Source: a candidate division WOR-3 bacterium
GTDB taxonomy: Bacteria; Hydrothermota; Tepidihabitantia; Tepidihabitantales; DTDR01
Direction of reading: 5' to 3'
DNA: 10,477 bases
NCBI GenBank assembly: GCA_039801885.1
Contig: JBDRVN010000053.1
Span: forward strand, 1 to 10,477
Part shown: one piece after another, positions 1 through 6,608 of the stretch
Position numbering within the stretch: position 1 is the first letter of the stretch
Layout: each line of letters starts with the position of its first letter
Made by a program: the position numbers and the translations under genes
The notes under the pieces: model-generated
Seen by the model: the letters and a program-made list of their open reading frames with translations, nothing else
What the model was told of the DNA's origin: nothing
The model's database searches: none

Positions 1-175
1 TGAGTAATTTAAAAAGGAGGAAAACAATCAAATATATTCAAGAACCAAGTATCAGCGAAGGGAAAGGAAATAAGAGCGAAAAGAAACTAAAAAAGAAATA
101 AAAAAGATATTAATCTTGAAATAGAGAAATAATGATAAAGGAAAAGAGAATTTTTTAAATTAAGTATGCTAAAAA

Positions 176-203
176 TTGACATTAATTTATTTTCTTTTAA
201 AAT
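176..203 (+). promoter_or_regulatory. Putative sigma70-type promoter for the cysS operon
   Basis: Perfect -35 TTGACA at 176-181, 16-bp spacer, -10 TAAAAT (5/6 match to TATAAT) at 198-203, ending 8 nt before the cysS ATG at 212. Confidence 0.6.
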
Positions 204-211
204 TAAGAATT

Positions 212-1693
212 ATGTATCTTTTTAATACTTTAACAAGGGAGAAAGAAGAGTTTAAACCAATTAAAGAAAATGAAGTTAGAATTTATACCTGCGGAATGAC
301 CGTTCAAGATTCGCCCCATTTAGGACATTTAAGGACTTTTATCTTTGCTGATGTTTTAAGAAGATTCTTTGAGTTTTTGGGTTATAAGGTTATTTATATC
401 CAGAATTTTACTGATATTGATGATAAAATTATCCAAAAGGCAAAAGAAGAAAAGATTGATTGGCGAGATATTGGTCAAAGATATATTGATGAGTATTTTG
501 AGATAAGTGACCAATTGAATATCAAAAGAGCAAACGCCTATCCCAAAGCAAGCCAGTTTATTTTAGAAATGATTTATCTTATCCAAAGATTATTAAAAAA
601 GGGGTATGCCTATAAGACAAAATCGGGCGTCTATTTTGAAGTAGAAAAGTTTAAAGGTTATGGGAAATTATCTAAAAAAAAGATTGACGAACTTATGGCT
701 GGTGCCCGTATAGAAGTTGATGAAGAGAAAAAAAATCCTTTGGATTTTGCCTTATGGAAGAGTTATCAGGAAGATGAGCCTTATTGGTATACCCCTTTTG
801 GCCGAGGTAGACCAGGTTGGCATATTGAATGTTCGGCAATGGCAATGCATTACCTTGGTGAGACCTTTGATATTCATATTGGTGGAGAAGATTTAATTTT
901 TCCCCATCACGAAAACGAAATTGCCCAATCCGAAGCAGCAACCGGTAAGCCCTTTGTAAAATACTTTCTTCATAATGGTCTTTTACTATTAAAAGGTGAA
1001 AAAATGGCTAAATCAACAAAAAACTATTTTCTGGCAAAAGAGGCATTAAAGACTTATGAACCTGATGTTATTAGATTATTTTTGTTAAAGGCACATTACC
1101 GCTCACCTTATGAATTTAGTATTGAAAGATTAGAAGAAGCAAAAAGCCAATGGCAAAGAATAAAAGAGTTCTTTATCTTTGCGCAAAAAGGTAAAATTGA
1201 TTATCGATTTACTGTCCCGGAAAAGATTGTAAATATTTTGCTTGATGACCTCAATACCCCATTGGTGATTGGTGAGATTTTTAAAATGATTGAAGAGTTC
1301 TTTAGGACCAAAGATTGTTCTTTATATTCACCAATTTATTCTTCATTAAAACTTTTAGGTTTTCAATTACAAACGAAAGAAACTTTGGAAATAAAAGAAA
1401 AGGAGCATATAGAAAATTTAATAAAAGCAAGAAAAATTGCTCGTCAAAATAAAAGATACGATATTAGTGACAAAATAAGAGAAGGGTTAAACTATTTGGG
1501 CTATGAATTACGAGATACTAATGGTGAGACTATCTATTTTAAAAAAGAAGATAAAGAAAGGGAAAAAGAAGAATTTAAAAGAGTTATTGAGGATTTAAAA
1601 AAAGATATTGAAGAAGAATTAAGAAAAGAAGAGCTTGTTTATTTAAAAGAGATTTTAGAATTGATAAAGGAGTATGAACATGGAAGAGATTAA
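212..1693 (+). CDS. cysS: Cysteine--tRNA ligase
   Basis: Starts MYLFNTLTREKEEFKP, a typical CysRS N-terminus, so ATG 212 is preferred over TTG 176. Motifs: YTCGMTV..SPHLGH (HIGH), NFTDIDDKII, DFALWK, GRPGWHIECSAM, GGEDLIFPHHENE, KMAKS (KMSKS), and the anticodon-binding R..AR..K.Y..SD.IR segment. Confidence 0.97.
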   Translation: MYLFNTLTREKEEFKPIKENEVRIYTCGMTVQDSPHLGHLRTFIFADVLRRFFEFLGYKVIYIQNFTDIDDKIIQKAKEEKIDWRDIGQRYIDEYFEISDQLNIKRANAYPKASQFILEMIYLIQRLLKKGYAYKTKSGVYFEVEKFKGYGKLSKKKIDELMAGARIEVDEEKKNPLDFALWKSYQEDEPYWYTPFGRGRPGWHIECSAMAMHYLGETFDIHIGGEDLIFPHHENEIAQSEAATGKPFVKYFLHNGLLLLKGEKMAKSTKNYFLAKEALKTYEPDVIRLFLLKAHYRSPYEFSIERLEEAKSQWQRIKEFFIFAQKGKIDYRFTVPEKIVNILLDDLNTPLVIGEIFKMIEEFFRTKDCSLYSPIYSSLKLLGFQLQTKETLEIKEKEHIENLIKARKIARQNKRYDISDKIREGLNYLGYELRDTNGETIYFKKEDKEREKEEFKRVIEDLKKDIEEELRKEELVYLKEILELIKEYEHGRD

Positions 1694-2360
1694 AAATTTC
1701 AATAAATATATTGACCACACAATTTTAAGACCCGAAGCAACAAAAGAAGAGATTATTCAAATTTGTAAAGAGGCGATAGAATATAATTTTGCTACCTGTT
1801 TTGTGCTACCCTGTTATCTTAAACTGGCAAAAGAGATATTAAAAGATAGCGAAGTAAAATTGGGCGCGCCCATCTCTTTTCCCTTTGGCTATCAAGATAC
1901 CGAAATAAAAGTATTAGAAACAAAAAAGGCAATAGAAATTGGTGCTTGTGAGATTGATATGGTTATCAATATCTCTTATCTCAAATCAAAAGAGTATGAT
2001 AAATTATTAGAAGATATAAGCAAAGTGGTTGAAGCAGCAAAGCCCTATGGAGTGAAAGTGATTGTCGAAACCTGTTATCTCACAAGAGAAGAAAAGATAA
2101 AAATTTTAGAGATAGCAATAAAGGCGGGTTGTGAATATATAAAAACTTCTACTGGTTTTGCTCCAAAAGGAGCAGAATTAGAAGATATAAGACTTTTTAA
2201 AGAACTAGGAAAAGAGAAAATAAAGATAAAGGCATCAGGTGGGATAAGAACCTATTTACAGGCAAAGAATTTAATATTGGCTGGTGCTTCAAGAATTGGC
2301 ACCAGTGCTGGTGTTAAAATCTTTAAAGAATATTTAAATTTAATCGGGAGGGAAAAATGA
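1680..2360 (+). CDS. deoC: Deoxyribose-phosphate aldolase
   Basis: IDHTILRP, FPFG, GACEIDMVIN, KVIVET, IKTSTGF (Schiff-base Lys), IKASGGIR, GASRIGTS. SD AAGGAG at 1667-1672 is 7 nt from ATG 1680; the alternative start is 1674. Confidence 0.95.
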   Translation: MEEIKNFNKYIDHTILRPEATKEEIIQICKEAIEYNFATCFVLPCYLKLAKEILKDSEVKLGAPISFPFGYQDTEIKVLETKKAIEIGACEIDMVINISYLKSKEYDKLLEDISKVVEAAKPYGVKVIVETCYLTREEKIKILEIAIKAGCEYIKTSTGFAPKGAELEDIRLFKELGKEKIKIKASGGIRTYLQAKNLILAGASRIGTSAGVKIFKEYLNLIGREK

Positions 2361-3472
2361 AAATGAAGGCAGTAAGAAAAGTAAAACCAAAATTTGGTGC
2401 GGAATTGTGTGAAATTGAAATACCAAAAATTCCTGATGATTGGGTATTGGTAAAAGTAAAAGCAACTTCTATTTGTGGTACTGATGTCCATATATATAAA
2501 TGGGATGAATGGTCACAAAAAAGGATTGGTGAGAAGAGATTGCCCCAGACTTTAGGACACGAAGTTGCCGGTGAAGTTGTGGAGGTTGGCAAAAATGTAA
2601 GAAGAATAAAAGTTGGTGATTATGTATCTGCTGAAACCCACATTTATGATCCTTCCGATTTAACTTCCCTATTAGGGATTTTTCATGTTGGCGAACGTAT
2701 GAAAATTTTGGGCGTGGATTGTGATGGCGCCTTCGCTGAATATTTTGCTATTCCAGAAATTGTCTGCTGGAAAAATGATAAAGAGATACCACCAGAATTT
2801 GCCACTGTCCAAGAACCTTTGGGTAATGCCACTTATGCCGTATTAGGAGAAGATGGCGATGTGTGTGGAAAGAAGATATTAATTACTGGTGACGGACCAA
2901 TCTCCCTCTTTGCGATTGGTGTTGCCAAGGTTGCCGGTTGTGCCCAAATTATCCATTTTGGAAAATATGATTTCAATATGGAAATTGGTAAAAAAATGGG
3001 AGCGGATTATCAAGTATGGACAAACACAACTACCAGAGAAGAGAGATTAAAGATTGTAAAAGAACTTACTGATGGTAACGGTGTGGATATTGCCTTAGAG
3101 ATGACCGGTAGTGAAGATTCTATCTTAGATTGCTTCCAAATGGTACGAAGAGGTGGCAGAGTTACTGCTTTTGGTATTGCTTCGGTTTCTCCCCTACCTT
3201 TTGGATTTGATTATAATAACGGCATTGTCTTTAAAGGTTGCCAAATTCACGGCATAAACGGCAGAAAGATATTTGATACCTGGTATCGGGTAAGAAACCT
3301 TCTTAGTAGTAAAAAATTGGATATCAGTCCGGTGATTACCCATTTATTCAGTTTAGAAGAATTTGAAAAAGGTTTTAACGCAATGTTAGAAAGACCAAGA
3401 AGAAGTGCCAAAGTAGTTTTATTTCCCGATAAAGAAGAATTAAAAAAGGCAAAAGAAAGATTAAAACTATGA
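2357..3472 (+). CDS. tdh: L-threonine 3-dehydrogenase-like zinc-dependent (MDR family) dehydrogenase with degenerate structural-Zn site
   Basis: TDH-type motifs SICGTDVHIY.WDEWSQ.RI, GHEVAGEV, VSAETHI, ILGVD.DGAFAEY, QEPLGNA, GINGRKIFDTW, DISPVITH. SD-like GGGAGG at 2346-2351 and ATGA overlap with deoC. Family is confident; substrate is less certain (see findings). Confidence 0.75.
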   Translation: MKMKAVRKVKPKFGAELCEIEIPKIPDDWVLVKVKATSICGTDVHIYKWDEWSQKRIGEKRLPQTLGHEVAGEVVEVGKNVRRIKVGDYVSAETHIYDPSDLTSLLGIFHVGERMKILGVDCDGAFAEYFAIPEIVCWKNDKEIPPEFATVQEPLGNATYAVLGEDGDVCGKKILITGDGPISLFAIGVAKVAGCAQIIHFGKYDFNMEIGKKMGADYQVWTNTTTREERLKIVKELTDGNGVDIALEMTGSEDSILDCFQMVRRGGRVTAFGIASVSPLPFGFDYNNGIVFKGCQIHGINGRKIFDTWYRVRNLLSSKKLDISPVITHLFSLEEFEKGFNAMLERPRRSAKVVLFPDKEELKKAKERLKL

Positions 3473-3483
3473 TTGTATGATTG
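3468..3483. repeat. 8-bp perfect tandem repeat (TATGATTG)x2 at the tdh/rmlC junction
   Basis: 3468-3475 and 3476-3483 are identical. The first copy holds the tdh TGA and the second holds the rmlC ATG. Confidence 0.9.
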
Positions 3484-3917
3484 AAGGAATAGAAGTTAAA
3501 AAATTGAGAATAATTCCTGATGAGCGGGGATTTGTATTAGAAATCCTGCGCTCCGATGATAATATCTTTACGAAATTTGGTCAAGTTTATATTTCTGTTG
3601 CCTATCCCGGTATTATCAAAGCCTGGCATTATCACAAGCGTCAAACTGATTTTTTCACAATCATTAAAGGAATGGCAAAAGTTGTTTTATATGACTATCG
3701 AGAAAATTCCCAAACTTATAAAGAGATAAATGAATTCTTTATTGGTGAACTTAATCCATTACTAATAAAAATTCCGCCACTTGTTTTACATGGATTTAAA
3801 CCCTTAGGAAATGAACCTGCCTATCTCTTAAACATACCGACCGAAGTCTATAACTACAAAAATCCTGATGAATATCGGATAGATTATAAATCAAAGGAAA
3901 TACCATACGAATGGTAA
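3477..3917 (+). CDS. dTDP-4-dehydrorhamnose 3,5-epimerase family cupin (short RmlC/SpsL-like form)
   Basis: MIEGIEVKKL...DERG, KAWHYH..QTD, G..KVVLYD.R..S.TY, IPP.VLHGF; adjacent to an RmlB-like gene. Confidence 0.85.
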   Translation: MIEGIEVKKLRIIPDERGFVLEILRSDDNIFTKFGQVYISVAYPGIIKAWHYHKRQTDFFTIIKGMAKVVLYDYRENSQTYKEINEFFIGELNPLLIKIPPLVLHGFKPLGNEPAYLLNIPTEVYNYKNPDEYRIDYKSKEIPYEW

Positions 3918-4924
3918 AGATTTTACTTACCGGCGGCGCTGGATTTATTGGTAGCCATTTGGCAAAAGAACTTGTGAGACGAGATTATTACGTATATATA
4001 TTAGACAAACTTACTTATGCCGGAAATTTAGAAAACATTAAAGATTTATTAAACAAAAAGAATTTCCATTTTATCCGAGGCGATATTAACAACAAGAAAT
4101 TGGTAAAACAAATATTTAAAAAAGTAGATAAAATAATTCATTTGGCTGCGGAAACACACATTGACCGCTCTCTTTTAAATCCTGATGTATTCGTCAAAAC
4201 AGATTTTTTAGGAACCTATAATTTATTAGAAACATTGAAAAAATATCCCTGCGAAAGATTTATCCATATATCAACAAGTGAAGTTTATGGTACTGCTTTA
4301 AAAGTGCCAATAGATGAAAACCATCCCCTAAATCCCCAAAGCCCTTATGCTGCAACAAAACTTAGTGCTGATCGATTATGCTATGCCTATTATTTATCTT
4401 ATAGTCTACCAATTATTATTTTAAGACCTTTCAATATCTATGGAGAAAGGCAATATCCAGAAAAACTAATTCCCTTCTTTATTACCCAGACATTAGAAGA
4501 TAAACCCCTTTTTATTTATGGCGACGGTGAAAATACCCGAGACTATCTCTATGTAAAAGACCTTTGCGAAGTGATTATAAAATTCTTAGAAGCACCAATT
4601 GAGAAATATCAAGGCGAAGTTTTCAATATTGGCAGTGGTATAGAATATAGTGTGAATGAGATTGCTTACCTGATTTTAGAATATTTCAAAAAACCAAAAA
4701 GTTTGTTAAAATATATATTAGATAGAAAAGGACATGTGAAGAGATTGATTTGTGATTATACAAAATTACAAAAAGAGTTTAATTGGCAGCCCAAAACTGT
4801 CTTTAAAGATGGATTAGAAAAGACAATGAAATGGTATTTAGAAAATGAAAACTGGTGGAAAAAAATAAAGAGAAGCAAAATATTCCAAAGATTTTATTAT
4901 CTGAATTATATAAAAAGAAAATGA
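3911..4924 (+). CDS. rfbB: dTDP-glucose 4,6-dehydratase-like extended SDR (RmlB/RfbB family)
   Basis: TGGAGFIG, LDKLTYAGNLEN, HLAAETHIDRS, YAATK (YxxxK), QYPEKLIP, YGDGENTRDYLYV, DRKGH, WY..N..WW. The catalytic TDE motif reads TSE, so the exact reaction is uncertain. Confidence 0.8.
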   Translation: MVKILLTGGAGFIGSHLAKELVRRDYYVYILDKLTYAGNLENIKDLLNKKNFHFIRGDINNKKLVKQIFKKVDKIIHLAAETHIDRSLLNPDVFVKTDFLGTYNLLETLKKYPCERFIHISTSEVYGTALKVPIDENHPLNPQSPYAATKLSADRLCYAYYLSYSLPIIILRPFNIYGERQYPEKLIPFFITQTLEDKPLFIYGDGENTRDYLYVKDLCEVIIKFLEAPIEKYQGEVFNIGSGIEYSVNEIAYLILEYFKKPKSLLKYILDRKGHVKRLICDYTKLQKEFNWQPKTVFKDGLEKTMKWYLENENWWKKIKRSKIFQRFYYLNYIKRK

Positions 4925-4926
4925 AA
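4876..4926. repeat. Direct repeat copy 1 (rmlB 3' end / nadE start)
   Basis: CAAAATATTCCAAAGATTTTA-[TTATCTGAATTATATA]-AAAAGAAAATGAAA. Matches 6574-6608 at 33/35 positions with one 16-nt gap. Confidence 0.75.
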
Positions 4927-6606
4927 ATTACTTTAGCCCAATTAAATCCAACCATTGGAGATTTTAAAGGCAATTTAGCAAAGATAAAAAAATCCCTTTT
5001 AGAGGCCAAAAAAGTAAATAGCGATTTAATTATCTTTTCTGAACTTTTTGTTACCGGCTATCCTCCGCGGGACCTTTTAGAAAAAGAAGAATTTATTGAA
5101 GCAGCGAAAACAACTACTTTAAAAGTAGTTCAGTTTTCGCAAAAACACCCCAAGATTGGCATTATTTTAGGCACCATTACGGAAAATCCAAAGAAATTTG
5201 GTGCTCGGCTTTATAATTCAGCAATTTTTATTTTTCGAGGAAAAATTGTCTTTATTCAACATAAATCATGTTTACCAAAAACTGATGTTTTTGATGAACC
5301 AAGATATTTTGAGCCAGCTTCCATCATTAAAGTTTTTCCTTTTAAGGGAGAGAGATTGGGAATTTCAATTTGTGCCGATGTTTGGGCAGGAACACCATGG
5401 GCAAAAGGGGAATACGAAGTTTTTCCAATAAAAGAACTGTCCCAAAAAAGAGCCACAATTTTTATTAATCTTTCTGCTTCCCCTTTTTATGTGGGTAAAG
5501 AAAAAATTAGATACCGACTTTTAAGATATCAGGCAAAAAAATATAAAACTCCTATCGTCTACGTAAATCAAGTTGGTGGAAATGATGAACTCCTTTTTGA
5601 TGGAAGGAGTATGGTTTTAAACGAAAAGGGAGAATTAGTAGATATTTTACCTGCTTTTAGAGAAAGCATTAAAACTGTCGATACTTCAAAATTTAATCAA
5701 ACCATCTTTTTTACTTCCCAAGAAGAAATTGCTGCAATTTATGATGCTTTGATTTTAGGCTTGAGAGATTATATGAGAAAATGTGGTTTTAAAAAGGCAA
5801 TAATCGGGCTTTCCGGCGGAATTGATTCCAGCGTCACTTGTAGTTTAGCTGTCAAAGCCTTGGGTAAAGAAAATGTTTTAGGTGTAAGCATGCCTTCTCT
5901 TTTTTCTTCAAAAGGTAGTGTTAGCGATGCCCAAAAATTAGCCAAAAATTTAGGAATAAAATTAATAAAAATTCCAATTAATCAGATATACCAAGCTTAT
6001 TTAAATTCTCTAAAAAAATACTTGGGTAAAAAGAAAAAAGTAACAGTGGTTGAAGAAAATATCCAAGCCCGAATCAGAGGAAATATTTTAATGGCTCTTT
6101 CCAATAAAATAAAAGATAGCATTGTTATTTCAACCGGAGATAAAAGTGAATTAGCAGTTGGTTATTGTACCCTTTATGGCGATATGAGCGGAGGAATTAG
6201 TTTAATTTCTGATGTGCCAAAAAATAAAGTCTATAAATTAGCTGAATATATCAACCGAGAAAAAGAAATAATTCCCAAGGAGATTTTAAAAAAACCACCT
6301 TCACCGGAATTAAGACCAAATCAACTGACAGAAAAAGATCTTATCCCCTATAAAATTTTAGATCCGATAATGGAATATTATATTGAAGAAAAACTTTCAA
6401 TCAAAGAGATTATCAAAAAGGGATTTCGTCCGGAAGATGTTAAATGGATAATTAAGAAGATTGATAGAAATGAATTTAAAAGAAGACAGGCTGCTCCTGG
6501 ATTTAAAGTTACCAGTAAAGCCTTTGGCATGGGCAGAAGGATGCCAATAGCTGCCAAATATGATTTTAATATTCAAAATTTTTCAAAGATTTTAAAAAGA
6601 AAATGA
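4921..6606 (+). CDS. nadE: Glutamine-dependent NAD+ synthetase (nitrilase + synthetase domains)
   Basis: Starts MKITLAQLNPTIGD at ATG 4921 (ATGA overlap with the rmlB stop). Nitrilase triad E41 (EL.VTGYPP), K115 (K..LP..DVFDE.RYF), C151 (SIC.D.W); NQVGGNDELLFDG. Synthetase motifs LSGGIDS, ENIQARIRG, GYCTLYGD, EFKRRQ, RRMPI. Confidence 0.95.
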   Translation: MKITLAQLNPTIGDFKGNLAKIKKSLLEAKKVNSDLIIFSELFVTGYPPRDLLEKEEFIEAAKTTTLKVVQFSQKHPKIGIILGTITENPKKFGARLYNSAIFIFRGKIVFIQHKSCLPKTDVFDEPRYFEPASIIKVFPFKGERLGISICADVWAGTPWAKGEYEVFPIKELSQKRATIFINLSASPFYVGKEKIRYRLLRYQAKKYKTPIVYVNQVGGNDELLFDGRSMVLNEKGELVDILPAFRESIKTVDTSKFNQTIFFTSQEEIAAIYDALILGLRDYMRKCGFKKAIIGLSGGIDSSVTCSLAVKALGKENVLGVSMPSLFSSKGSVSDAQKLAKNLGIKLIKIPINQIYQAYLNSLKKYLGKKKKVTVVEENIQARIRGNILMALSNKIKDSIVISTGDKSELAVGYCTLYGDMSGGISLISDVPKNKVYKLAEYINREKEIIPKEILKKPPSPELRPNQLTEKDLIPYKILDPIMEYYIEEKLSIKEIIKKGFRPEDVKWIIKKIDRNEFKRRQAAPGFKVTSKAFGMGRRMPIAAKYDFNIQNFSKILKRK

Positions 6607-6608
6607 AA
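6574..6608. repeat. Direct repeat copy 2 (nadE 3' end / ribBA start)
   Basis: CAAAATTTTTCAAAGATTTTAAAAAGAAAATGAAA. The core TAAAAAGAAAATGAAA (6593-6608) is identical to 4911-4926. Confidence 0.75.

Noticed and set aside
3..101. Open + strand frame (SNLKRRKT...KLKKK-stop) and SD-like AGGAGG at 15-20
   Set aside because: It may be the tail of an upstream gene, but it is too short and has no recognisable motif. No standard start codon follows the AGGAGG.
176..211. TTG start giving a 12-aa N-terminal extension of CysS (ORF track)
   Set aside because: The TTG is part of the -35 box, and CysRS similarity begins at ATG 212.
1861..1872. Perfect GC-rich 12-bp palindrome TGGGCGCGCCCA
   Set aside because: Single copy inside deoC, explained by Leu-Gly-Ala-Pro-Ile codons; no U-tract or regulatory context.
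4855..4920. 22-aa N-terminal extension of NadE (ORF track)
   Set aside because: It lies inside rmlB. NadE similarity begins at ATG 4921, which has an ATGA overlap.
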